A stretch of DNA of 64,000 nucleotides from Bacteroidota bacterium (GTDB taxonomy: Bacteria; Bacteroidota; Ignavibacteria; UBA10030), in NCBI GenBank assembly GCA_021813905.1, contig JAKAJH010000001.1:62738-126737 (forward strand), given 5' to 3'. The notes under the pieces are model-generated. The model was given only the letters and a program-made list of their open reading frames with translations, did no database searches and was not told the DNA's origin. Position numbers and translations under genes: made by a program. Below are positions 38,615 through 47,556 of this stretch, piece by piece; positions within the stretch are counted from its first letter, which is position 1; each line of letters begins with the position of its first letter.

Positions 38615-41350
38615 ATGGATCACAAGAAACTGAACCGGCTCATTGCCGTTGTCCTATTCCTCGTTTCGCTGGTCGTGTATGCGGCGACGCTCTCGAAGAC
38701 CGTTGTGTTCTGGGACGTCGGCGAGTTCTGCGCGGCGGCATTCAGCCTGCAGGTGCCGCATCCGCCGGGGGCTCCGCTGTTCCTGCTGATCGCCCGCGTT
38801 TCTTCCATGATCCCCTTCGTGCATGATATCGCGGTCCGCATGCACATTCTCTCGGCCATCGGCAGCGGCCTGACGATTGCCATGCTCTATCTGGTGACCG
38901 TGGACCTGATGGTGATGTGGCGCGGCATCCCGCAGACGCTGTTCGATCGTCTGACGGTGTACGGCTCGGCGGTGATCGGTGCGCTCTCCCTCGCATTCAA
39001 CAAGACCTTCTGGTCGAACGCGATCGAAGCCGAGGTGTACGGGTTGGGCATGTTCTTCGTGGGGCTGATCCTGTGGCTCGGCCTCCGGTGGTATGAGCGA
39101 GGCGAGAAGGATACCGGCGACCGCTATCTGCTGCTGATTGCGTATATCGTCGGTCTCTCCGTCGGCGTTCACCTGCTGTCGATCCTGGCGCTGTTCCCGC
39201 TGATTATTCTGATGTATTTCCGACAGTACGAGTTCGAATGGCGAACCTTCCTGAAGTTCGGCTTCGCCGGCGTGGTGGTCTTCTTCATCATTTATCCCGG
39301 TGTCGTGATCGAGCTTCCGTCCCTGTTGGACGGCGATTTCCACGGGACGCAGAGCCAGCTGTTCGTGGGGATTCCCCTCGTCCTCGTCGTAGCGGCCGCG
39401 TATTACGTCTATCGTTCGCAAGCGGAGAAGAAGCGTCTCCTGAACATGGCGGTGCTGTCGTTCCTGCTGATCATCATCGGCTATTCGACGTATATCATGG
39501 TGTTCATCCGCGCCAATGCGCATCCGCCGATGAACGAGAACGATCCCAGCACGCCCGCCCGGCTCGTCTCGTACCTCAATCGGGAGCAGTATGGCAGCGC
39601 TCCGATGCTCAACCGGCGCTGGGACAGCGATCCCGAGAAGAAGGCGTATCACCAGCGCTATACGAGCGATCTGGACTACATGTGGCGGTATCAGATCGTG
39701 CACATGTACCTTCGGTATCTTGGATGGGACTATATCGGCTCCGCGGGGGATCAAAAGGACGCCGGGGTTGACTGGAAGGATTTCTACGCGATCCCGTTTG
39801 TGCTGGGACTCTTCGGCGCGTATGTACAATGGCGCAAGCAGCCGAAGATGGCGCTCATGCTGACGGTCATGTTCGTCGTCATGGGGGTGATTCTGGCGCT
39901 GTACCAGAATCAGCAGGAGCCGCAACCGCGGGAGCGTGACTATTTCTACGTCGGCTCGTTCTTTGCGTTCTCGCTCTGGATCGGTATCGGTGTGCTCGGG
40001 CTGATCGACGTGCTGCGGGAGCGGCTGACCGATGCCCGCATGCGATCCATCGCCGGTTACGGGGTCCTCGCTGCCGCATTCGTCTTCGTGCCGGCCAACA
40101 TGCTGCGCGTGAACTATCATGAAGCGAACCGGACCGGCAACTACGTGGCGTGGGATTACTCGTACAATCTGCTCCAGAGCTGCGACCAGGATGCGATCCT
40201 GTTCACGAACGGCGACAACGACACCTTTCCTCTCTGGTACCTGCAGGATGTGGAGGGTATCCGGCGGGACGTCCGCATCGTGAACCTGAGCCTGGTCAAC
40301 ACGCCATGGTACATCAAACAGCTGAAGCACGAGACGCCCTACGGCGCGCTGCGTGTTCCGATCAGCACATCGGATGCGGATATCGCGTCGATCCAGCCGA
40401 TCGCCTATGAGCCGCGCATGATGGACCTGCCGGTCGGACCGGACGTGCTGCAGCGCTACGATGTGGAGCGCTCCTCCATGACGGTGCTCGATTCATCCAT
40501 CATCCGCAACGGCATCCTCCGGTTCTACATGCCCAACACCATGCAGTTCGGCGATGTCAAGGTGCTTCGCGTTCAGGACATCATGGTGTTCGATATCATC
40601 CGGACGAACCGGTGGCAGCGGCCGGTGTACTTCGCCATGACGGTGTCCGACGACGGCAAGATCGGCCTGAAGGACTACATGCAGCTTACGGGGCTGGCCT
40701 TCAAGCTGGTGCCGTTCCGCAGCCAGGCGTACTGGGCGAACATTGACGAGCCGAAAATGCGGGCGCAGGTGTTTACCAATGTGACAGAGCCGTCGAAGAC
40801 GCCGAAGGCGGGTTTCCGGTGGCGCGGTCTGCAGAATCCGAAGACCTACTATGACGAAGATACGCGACGCCTCCTGACCAACAACTACCGGAACATGTTC
40901 ATTTCGCTGGCGCTCTACTACGCGAACGTGCAGAACCGGCTGGATCAGGTCTCGCCTGTTCTGGACCGGATGGAGGAAGTGATGCCGCGCGAGGTGATCC
41001 CCATCGACTACCGGATCAAGTTCGACGTGGCGAACTTCTACCGATCGGCGGGGAACGATGCGCAGTACAAGAAACTGACCGGCGAACTGATCGATGAACT
41101 CAAGGGAATGATCGATCACGGAGTGTCGGAGCCGTTATCGCAGTACAATCCGTACATTCTCCTGTACTTCGCCTATACCGGGGAGAACCGTTTTAAGGAC
41201 GCGGAGGACCTTCTGCCGGTGATCAAGCAGGCGTACGCGTCTACGCAAGGGATCGATCAGATCGTGGCGCAACTGCAGGGACAGCTGGAGAGCCGGAAGG
41301 CGGCAAGCGGACTGGCCGATTCGACGGCTCCCGCTCCTCCGAAAAAATGA
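38615..41350 (+). CDS. DUF2723-type polytopic membrane glycosyltransferase-like protein with C-terminal TPR-like region
   Basis: 911 aa. The N-terminus VVFWDVGEFCAAAFSLQVPHPPGAPLFLL is the DUF2723/TMEM260-like signature as I remember it. There are more than 10 hydrophobic helices, then a large soluble C-terminal part. Confidence 0.8.
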   Translation: MDHKKLNRLIAVVLFLVSLVVYAATLSKTVVFWDVGEFCAAAFSLQVPHPPGAPLFLLIARVSSMIPFVHDIAVRMHILSAIGSGLTIAMLYLVTVDLMVMWRGIPQTLFDRLTVYGSAVIGALSLAFNKTFWSNAIEAEVYGLGMFFVGLILWLGLRWYERGEKDTGDRYLLLIAYIVGLSVGVHLLSILALFPLIILMYFRQYEFEWRTFLKFGFAGVVVFFIIYPGVVIELPSLLDGDFHGTQSQLFVGIPLVLVVAAAYYVYRSQAEKKRLLNMAVLSFLLIIIGYSTYIMVFIRANAHPPMNENDPSTPARLVSYLNREQYGSAPMLNRRWDSDPEKKAYHQRYTSDLDYMWRYQIVHMYLRYLGWDYIGSAGDQKDAGVDWKDFYAIPFVLGLFGAYVQWRKQPKMALMLTVMFVVMGVILALYQNQQEPQPRERDYFYVGSFFAFSLWIGIGVLGLIDVLRERLTDARMRSIAGYGVLAAAFVFVPANMLRVNYHEANRTGNYVAWDYSYNLLQSCDQDAILFTNGDNDTFPLWYLQDVEGIRRDVRIVNLSLVNTPWYIKQLKHETPYGALRVPISTSDADIASIQPIAYEPRMMDLPVGPDVLQRYDVERSSMTVLDSSIIRNGILRFYMPNTMQFGDVKVLRVQDIMVFDIIRTNRWQRPVYFAMTVSDDGKIGLKDYMQLTGLAFKLVPFRSQAYWANIDEPKMRAQVFTNVTEPSKTPKAGFRWRGLQNPKTYYDEDTRRLLTNNYRNMFISLALYYANVQNRLDQVSPVLDRMEEVMPREVIPIDYRIKFDVANFYRSAGNDAQYKKLTGELIDELKGMIDHGVSEPLSQYNPYILLYFAYTGENRFKDAEDLLPVIKQAYASTQGIDQIVAQLQGQLESRKAASGLADSTAPAPPKK

Positions 41351-41374
41351 CCACACGCAGTGCTTGTTGAAGTC

Positions 41375-41410
41375 CCGGGGACGAGGCGCAATCCATGGCT
41401 TCGTCCCCGG
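41375..41410 (+). other. strong GC-rich stem-loop between the DUF2723 gene and the GT4 gene
   Basis: Perfect 10-bp arms CCGGGGACGA / TCGTCCCCGG around a 16-nt loop. No U-tract follows, so it is not a classical terminator. Confidence 0.4.
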
Positions 41411-41423
41411 CGGATTCTCGCCG

Positions 41424-42551
41424 ATGAACATTCTCGTACTGAACTGGCAGGATATCCGGAACCCGCTCGGCGGGGGGGCCGAGGTGCATCTGCACGAGAT
41501 CTTCCGTCGGATCGCTGCCCGCGGTCACCGGGTGACGCTCTACTGCTCCCGGTTCGAGGGCGCTCCCGCGGAAGAAGTGATCGACGGCATTCGCGTTCTC
41601 CGTGAAGGCCGCCGGAATACGTTCAACTACCACGTCTGGCCCCGCTACCGGTCACGGTTCCGTCACGAGCAGTACGATGTCGTCGTCGATGACCTGAACA
41701 AGATCCCGTTCTTCACCCCGTTGTTCGTGCGCGAGCCGTTGGTCGGGATCGTTCATCATCTGTTCGGGCGCAGTATCTTCGCTGAGGTGTCCCTGCCGGC
41801 GGGCACGTATGTCGCGGGAGCCGAATGGCTCGCGATGCGCCTGTACCGTTCCATCCCCACGGCAGTCGTGTCGGAGAGCACACGCTCCGAACTGCTGACC
41901 AACGGATTTTCTTCCGAACGCCTGCACCTGGTCCCGAACGCCATCGACAGTGCGATCTTCCATACGACCGGCGCCGCTCGCCCGTCAGCGCCCCTGATCG
42001 GCTATCTCGGTCGGATGAAGAAATACAAAAGCATCGATCACCTGTTGCGGGCGTTCGCGATCGTGCGTCGGGAACACACGGATGCCCGGCTGATGCTGGT
42101 GGGGGATGGAGATGTGCGTCCCGCCCTGGCGGATCTGGCGGCTCAGCTGGATCTCGGCACGGCGGCGCAGTTCACGGGATTCGTGTCGGAAGAAGAGAAG
42201 GTGCGTCTGCTGAACCAGATGCATGTCGTCGTGAACCCGTCCGCGAAGGAAGGATGGGGACTGACCGTGATCGAGGCGAACGCCTGCGGTGTTCCCGTGG
42301 TGGCAAGCGACGTGCCGGGTCTGCGGGATTCCGTGGTGGACGGACAGACCGGGTTCCTGTACGAGTACGGGAACATCGAACAGCTCGCGGAGAAGCTCGG
42401 ACTTCTGCTGAGGGATGGGCATCTGCGGACGCGGATGGCGGGGGAGGCGCTGACGTGGGGCTCGTCGTTCAACTGGGATCGTTCCGCGGATGCCATGATC
42501 GCGCTGCTGGAGAGCACGATCCGGGCACACGGGGCGATACGCGGTCGCTGA
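41424..42551 (+). CDS. glycosyltransferase family 4 (GT-B, group 1)
   Basis: MNILVLNWQDIRNPLGGGAEVHLHEI N-terminus and a C-terminal GT1 motif (NPSAKEGWGLTVIEANACGVPVVASDVPGLRDSV). Confidence 0.88.
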   Translation: MNILVLNWQDIRNPLGGGAEVHLHEIFRRIAARGHRVTLYCSRFEGAPAEEVIDGIRVLREGRRNTFNYHVWPRYRSRFRHEQYDVVVDDLNKIPFFTPLFVREPLVGIVHHLFGRSIFAEVSLPAGTYVAGAEWLAMRLYRSIPTAVVSESTRSELLTNGFSSERLHLVPNAIDSAIFHTTGAARPSAPLIGYLGRMKKYKSIDHLLRAFAIVRREHTDARLMLVGDGDVRPALADLAAQLDLGTAAQFTGFVSEEEKVRLLNQMHVVVNPSAKEGWGLTVIEANACGVPVVASDVPGLRDSVVDGQTGFLYEYGNIEQLAEKLGLLLRDGHLRTRMAGEALTWGSSFNWDRSADAMIALLESTIRAHGAIRGR

Positions 42552-43100
42552 TCAGGTAATCGGCGGCGGCAGCCGGTTCATCAGTTCACGAACGCACTCC
42601 TCCGGTGTACTGACCTCCGTGATGTAGCGGGCGCAGTCCCCGGCTCCTTCCCACGCGAGTTCTTCCTTCAGCGTGCTGACCACGCTCCGCCAGAACGGTC
42701 CGACGATGATCGCCGGCCGCTCCTGCATCAATCCCTTGTTGAGAAATTCCCATACGCACGCGAGCTCCAGCAGCGTCCCGGTTCCGCCTTTCAGAATCAC
42801 GTAGGCATCACCGAGTTCAACAAGCTTCAGCAGTCGTCGCGGCAGATCCGGTTCCCGGATCTCGCGATCGATCCAGCGGTTTGCCCCGTTCCTCCCGACG
42901 AAAGGAAATGTCACACCGACCGTCTCTCCGCCTGCCTCTTTCGCCCCTTTCGCAGACGCCTCCATCACTCCGGCGTATCCGCCGTTGCACACCACGAAGC
43001 CGGACTTCGCAAGGAGCGTTCCAAGCTGTTGCGCCGACTCGTACTCCGACTGGCCGGGAACCACACGGGCGCTGCCAAAAATGGTCACGACATACGGCAT
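42552..43100 (-). CDS. TIGR00730/LOG-family protein (lysine decarboxylase-like, putative nucleotide 5'-monophosphate nucleosidase)
   Basis: IFGSAR, NGGYAGVMEA and KGGTGTLLEL motifs. Its stop codon directly abuts the stop of the convergent GT4 gene (TGA|TCA). Confidence 0.82.
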   Translation of the reverse strand: MPYVVTIFGSARVVPGQSEYESAQQLGTLLAKSGFVVCNGGYAGVMEASAKGAKEAGGETVGVTFPFVGRNGANRWIDREIREPDLPRRLLKLVELGDAYVILKGGTGTLLELACVWEFLNKGLMQERPAIIVGPFWRSVVSTLKEELAWEGAGDCARYITEVSTPEECVRELMNRLPPPIT

Positions 43101-43108
43101 GGGATCGG

Positions 43109-45166
43109 TCAGTCGAGGAAGACCCAGCGGACACCGAGGCGCAGGGAACGCTTGGGCATGGGATAATACCCCTGCATGAGGTAGCTGATATTGAGCACGT
43201 TGTCGAGCGACACTGCAATGTGCGCGTCACCGATCCGGAACACGGAGAACAGATCCAGCACGACGAAGCGACCCAGTTGATACCGCGGGTCTTCGACCGT
43301 GAGATCGGGGATCGGATGGTAGGCGGTCGCCAGTGAACGGTCGCTGAATCGCGTGCGCACGCCCGCCCGAAGATCCAGCGCGCCGTCGAAGAACTGATTG
43401 CGGTACGCCGCTTCGGCTCCGCCGACAAATCCCGGCAGAAGCGACTTCACCGTGTCATTCTCCTGATACCGGGCCGTGGTGATCGTGCCGGTCAGCTCAA
43501 TCGGATCGAGCAGAATGCGGAGCGACGCGGCGACACCCCGGGTGTGGAGTTCGCTCAGGCTCATCAAACGCAGCGCCGATGATCCGGCGGTCGCCGTATC
43601 GGCACGCCACAGCAGCGCATCGCGGACGACGTTGTCATATGCGGTGATCTCCGCACAGATGCGGTCGTCGAGTTCCCATCGGATGCCGGCGTGCACGCCC
43701 GTGAGCCGTTCCGGCGCGAAGGTGGACGGCCGGATGATGGTCGAATCGATCCAATACCGCTCCTGGATCGTGGGATACCGATGCGACGTTGTCGCAGCGG
43801 CAAATGCGCTGACACCCCAGCCCGGTCGCAGTGATAGGCGGACTCCGCCGGCCGTTGTGCTGTTCCCACCAGACCATTCCTGACGGAACGTCGCGGACGG
43901 CTGCAGGAACTGCACGACATTGAGCTCGGCGGACAGTGTCGCGGCGGAGTAACGCTCAGAGATCGCCGGCAGCAGCACCGAGGCTTCCGTCGCGCGCTTC
44001 TCAGTCTCGAGCGATGCCGATGCGGAGACCGGATCGCTGTGCAGCCGCTGTTCCAGCCGTACGCCCGTCACGGACACGGTGTACACACTCGTCGACGGGG
44101 GCGTGAGATACCCCGACGGCGTCGTGAATTCCCGATGGAGAGTCGTGTAATAGCCGATCAGTTGCGTCGTGGACGAAGAATCCGGCAGCAGGCGCGCGAT
44201 GCCGGCGAGCGTGACGTCCCGCCGCGTCCGGATCTCGTAGCTGGACTGGTCGTTGACAGGTGTTCCGAGGTCGTTGAATGCATCCGCACTCATTGTCACA
44301 TTCACGCCGCCGTTCACCCCGCGGGACGTCCGTGAGTACAAATCGGTCAGTGCGACGTTGAGTCGGTCGGAAACGTTGTACCGGAGTCGGGTTCGGAGGC
44401 TCCACGAATCGAGCGCGGCGTTCAGGTAGCGTCCGTTGGACGTGTTGCGCTGGAAGCCGACCGTGAGGTTCGTGCCGCGAAGGATGTTCTGCGAAAAGTA
44501 CGCGTCCGTCAGGATCGTCTCTTTCGGGTCCTGCACGAAGCGGATGGCGGTCACCGGTCGCAACGTGTTGAACCAGCGTGTCGCGGCGTTGACCGTCGTT
44601 GCCGATGCGGTGCCCGAGGCGCGAAGGGCATCGGGACCGGTGAAGAGTTCCAGGTGGTCGATGAATTCCAGCGGCAGGTCGTAGAGATTGAGCCGCCCGG
44701 TCACGGGATTGTTCAGCGGCCGGCCGTCCAGCAGAATGCTGATGTACCGCTCGTCGAGGCCGAAGGCGCTGACCAGCGGCGGAGGGCCGGTCTCCCCCAG
44801 TTCCCGCACGTTAATGCCCGGAACGCGCCAGAGGAGTTCCCCCGCGTATTTTGCGTCGGTCCAGTCAAATTGCCGCCGGACCAGGATATCGGTCGAATCG
44901 ATCCCTGATTGCAGACTGCCCATGCCGTCGATGTAACGGACGGTCAACGAATCCCGCTCGTGGAGTGAATCGGGAAGCATGGCAAGTGCCGTGTCACGAG
45001 GAATGACGTGCAGTCCCGCGCGCATGCGCAGGGAATCGGGGACTCCCGTTGTGTCGACGGCCGTCGAATCCCGTCGTTCCTGCGCGAACACCATTCCGGA
45101 GAGCAGAAGTCCGGCGAACAACAGGATGCGGGCGATACGCGGACCCTCAGCGCGGTTCGTCATCAA
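43109..45166 (-). CDS. TonB-dependent receptor (plug + beta-barrel)
   Basis: Signal peptide (ILLFAGLLLSGMVFAQ), plug-domain pattern (VPGINVRELG..., ILLDGRPLNNP) and a long alternating beta-strand region ending in an aromatic-rich C-terminus (LGVRWVFLD). Confidence 0.82.
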   Translation of the reverse strand: MMTNRAEGPRIARILLFAGLLLSGMVFAQERRDSTAVDTTGVPDSLRMRAGLHVIPRDTALAMLPDSLHERDSLTVRYIDGMGSLQSGIDSTDILVRRQFDWTDAKYAGELLWRVPGINVRELGETGPPPLVSAFGLDERYISILLDGRPLNNPVTGRLNLYDLPLEFIDHLELFTGPDALRASGTASATTVNAATRWFNTLRPVTAIRFVQDPKETILTDAYFSQNILRGTNLTVGFQRNTSNGRYLNAALDSWSLRTRLRYNVSDRLNVALTDLYSRTSRGVNGGVNVTMSADAFNDLGTPVNDQSSYEIRTRRDVTLAGIARLLPDSSSTTQLIGYYTTLHREFTTPSGYLTPPSTSVYTVSVTGVRLEQRLHSDPVSASASLETEKRATEASVLLPAISERYSAATLSAELNVVQFLQPSATFRQEWSGGNSTTAGGVRLSLRPGWGVSAFAAATTSHRYPTIQERYWIDSTIIRPSTFAPERLTGVHAGIRWELDDRICAEITAYDNVVRDALLWRADTATAGSSALRLMSLSELHTRGVAASLRILLDPIELTGTITTARYQENDTVKSLLPGFVGGAEAAYRNQFFDGALDLRAGVRTRFSDRSLATAYHPIPDLTVEDPRYQLGRFVVLDLFSVFRIGDAHIAVSLDNVLNISYLMQGYYPMPKRSLRLGVRWVFLD

Positions 45167-46046
45167 TCACACGAAGTCGGGGTTGGGGTGGCCGAAAGAG
45201 CGGCGGCGTGAGCGAACACAAATACTCATCGGAAAATCCTGCTGCGGCGGAATTGGCCTGATCTTCTTCCCGAAACAGCCCGAACACCGATGCGCCGCTG
45301 CCGCTCATCAGCGCAAGCGCGGCTCCGGCGCTTCCCAGGCGTCGTTTCACATCCTGAATGGCAGGGTAGTGCGCGAACACGGGGATCTCAAAGTCGTTCT
45401 CCACTTCCAGCAGGAGATCCGGACTGCGTCCGAGATCGCCTTCGAAGACTGCGGACAATCCGGACGTGCGTGTTGGCGGTCGCGGGACCACGTGCTGATA
45501 TGCCCAGGCGGTCGAGACATGCACCGGCGGCGTCACCAGAAGGATCCAGAACGGAACCCGGAAGTCGCCGTGCCGCAGCACCTCGCCGCGGCCCGTTGCG
45601 TACGCGCTTTCGCCGCGGATGAAGAACGACACATCGGCGCCGAGTTGACCTCCCAGACGTTGAAGGTCCTCCACCGGGAGCGACAAGTTCCAGAGATGAT
45701 TCAAGCCGACCAGGACCGCCGCGGCATCGCTGCTGCCTCCCCCCAAACCTCCGCCGACCGGAATTCGCTTGGTCAGACGAATGTGTACGCCATGCTCGTA
45801 CCCGCTCCATTGCCGGAGCAGCGCTGCGGCGCGCATACACAGATTCTCCGCATCCGGTGGCGCTGCCGGTGAGGAGCTTTCCATCGAAATCCCTTCGGTC
45901 CGGACCAGCTCGATCTCATCATACAAATCCACTTCGTGGAAGATCGTCTCGATATCGTGGTACGCGTCGGGACGCTTCCGGAGGATGTGCAACCCGATGT
46001 TGATCTTTGCGTGTGGTCGGAGGAGTATGCGGTGAGAGGCACTCAT
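45147..46046 (-). CDS. ispE: 4-diphosphocytidyl-2-C-methyl-D-erythritol kinase
   Basis: AKINIGLHILRKRPDAYHDIETIF and the GHMP kinase motif IPVGGGLGGGSSDAAA. I start at ATG 46046 (MSASHRILL...), which fits the ~290-aa family; the track's 46280 start adds 78 residues. Confidence 0.88.
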   Translation of the reverse strand: MSASHRILLRPHAKINIGLHILRKRPDAYHDIETIFHEVDLYDEIELVRTEGISMESSSPAAPPDAENLCMRAAALLRQWSGYEHGVHIRLTKRIPVGGGLGGGSSDAAAVLVGLNHLWNLSLPVEDLQRLGGQLGADVSFFIRGESAYATGRGEVLRHGDFRVPFWILLVTPPVHVSTAWAYQHVVPRPPTRTSGLSAVFEGDLGRSPDLLLEVENDFEIPVFAHYPAIQDVKRRLGSAGAALALMSGSGASVFGLFREEDQANSAAAGFSDEYLCSLTPPLFRPPQPRLRVIDDEPR

Positions 46047-46063
46047 GCCGGAGAATCTGGACA

Positions 46064-46092
46064 AAAATACGGCAAACTGGCTGGAGATGCAA
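46064..46092 (-). promoter_or_regulatory. putative ispE promoter: TTGCAT-N17-TATTTT(TG)
   Basis: Read on the minus strand, with a 17-nt spacer. The extended -10 reads TATTTTTG, i.e. TAnnTTTG. It implies a short leader of about 10 nt. Confidence 0.4.
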
Positions 46093-46116
46093 CCAAGGCC
46101 GCCGCACGGGCCGTTT

Positions 46117-46145
46117 TTGACAGTTCCTCCAATTTTCCGTATGTT
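46117..46145 (+). promoter_or_regulatory. putative kdsA operon promoter: TTGACA-N17-TATGTT
   Basis: Consensus -35 and a 17-nt spacer, 32 nt upstream of ATG 46177. It is back-to-back with the ispE candidate. Confidence 0.45.
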
Positions 46146-46176
46146 GAACCCGCTGACCATTGGATCCCCCGAAGGT

Positions 46177-47010
46177 ATGAAGAAGCGCACCGCATCCGTC
46201 AGAATAGGGAATGTCACCGTCGGCGGGGGAGCCCCCCTCGTGCTGATCGCCGGACCGTGCGTGGTCGAAGGCCGGTCCATGGTGCTTCAGACGGCCGAGA
46301 CCATCGTTCGCGTCGCATCGGCGCATCGCGTCCCCGTCATCTTCAAATCGTCCTATAAGAAGGCCAATCGATCGAGCGGCGCGTCATTTGCAACGCTCGG
46401 CGTGGAAAAGTCGCTTCGGATCATCGCCGAGGTCCGTGAGGAGTTCGGCATCCCGGTGCTGACCGATGTCCACTCCGTTGAGGAGGCGCGCCTGGCGGCG
46501 GAATACGCGGACGTGCTCCAGATCCCCGCGTTCCTGTGCCGCCAAACCGATTTGCTCGAAGCGGCCGGGGCGACCGGAAAGGCCGTGAACATCAAGAAAG
46601 GGCAGTTTCTCGCGCCGGAGGATATGCGTCTGGCGGCGGAAAAGGTCGCGCGCACCGGCAACCGGCGCATCCTGCTCACCGAGCGCGGGTCGACCTTCGG
46701 ATATCACAATCTCGTCGTCGATATCCGCTCGCTTCCGATCATGCGCTCCACCGGATATCCGGTGGTGCTGGACGCGACGCACTCGGTGCAGCTTCCGGGG
46801 GGCGAGAAGACCCGGAGCGGCGGTCAGCCGGAATTCATCTTCCCGATCGCCCGTGCCGGTGTGGCCGCCGGCTGCGACGCCCTGTTCGTCGAAACCCATC
46901 CGAATCCCGCACGCGCCCTGAGCGATGCGGCAAGCCAGCTGCGGCTTTCGCTGCTGGACCGTTTGCTGGGCCAGGTCGCGGCCGTCCATCGGGCCGTCGC
47001 CTCGTTCTGA
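46177..47010 (+). CDS. kdsA: 3-deoxy-8-phosphooctulonate (Kdo8P) synthase
   Basis: VRIGNVTVGGGAPLVLIAGPCVVE near the N-terminus, plus KSSYKKANRSS and DATHSVQLPGG motifs. ATG 46177 is preceded by GAAGG. The track's 46045 start would overlap the ispE start codon. Confidence 0.92.
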   Translation: MKKRTASVRIGNVTVGGGAPLVLIAGPCVVEGRSMVLQTAETIVRVASAHRVPVIFKSSYKKANRSSGASFATLGVEKSLRIIAEVREEFGIPVLTDVHSVEEARLAAEYADVLQIPAFLCRQTDLLEAAGATGKAVNIKKGQFLAPEDMRLAAEKVARTGNRRILLTERGSTFGYHNLVVDIRSLPIMRSTGYPVVLDATHSVQLPGGEKTRSGGQPEFIFPIARAGVAAGCDALFVETHPNPARALSDAASQLRLSLLDRLLGQVAAVHRAVASF

Positions 47011-47020
47011 GGACCACCCC

Positions 47021-47554
47021 GTGCCATCCGTCAAGAGTCTTCGTTCGCGACTCCGCAACATCCGCATGCTGCTCCTGGACGTTGACGGGGTGATGACCGA
47101 CGGCGGCGTCTACTATTCCAATGCCGGCGACGAATTCAAGAGATTCAACATCCAGGACGGATACGGCATCGTCAAGCTCCAGCGCGCCGGGATCAAGGTC
47201 GGGATTATCACGGGGCGAGTCTCGGAGATCGTATCACGACGGGCGCAGGAACTGGGCATTACGGACGTTCTGCAAAACCTGGATGACAAGCACGGTGCGT
47301 ACGAGCAGCTGAAAGCAAAGCATGGACTCGGCGACGCAGCGATCGCGTACATCGGCGACGATGAATTCGACCTGCCGGTGCTTGAACGGGTCGGATTTTC
47401 CGCTGCGCCGGCGAATGCCGTTCCGGCTGTCCGTGCGCGGGTTCAGTACATCTGCCGCCGGCGGGGAGGAGACGGAGCCGTGCGGGAGGTGATTGAGATG
47501 CTGTTGGGGGCGAACGTCCGGCCGCCGGTAAGACGGGGTCGGAAGGAGTCATAG
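47021..47554 (+). CDS. kdsC: Kdo8P phosphatase (HAD-IIIA)
   Basis: IRMLLLDVDGVMTDGGVYY (DxDGV HAD motif I), GIITGR, GDDEFDL. GTG 47021 gives the family-typical 177 aa. Confidence 0.88.
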   Translation: MPSVKSLRSRLRNIRMLLLDVDGVMTDGGVYYSNAGDEFKRFNIQDGYGIVKLQRAGIKVGIITGRVSEIVSRRAQELGITDVLQNLDDKHGAYEQLKAKHGLGDAAIAYIGDDEFDLPVLERVGFSAAPANAVPAVRARVQYICRRRGGDGAVREVIEMLLGANVRPPVRRGRKES

Positions 47555-47556
47555 GC

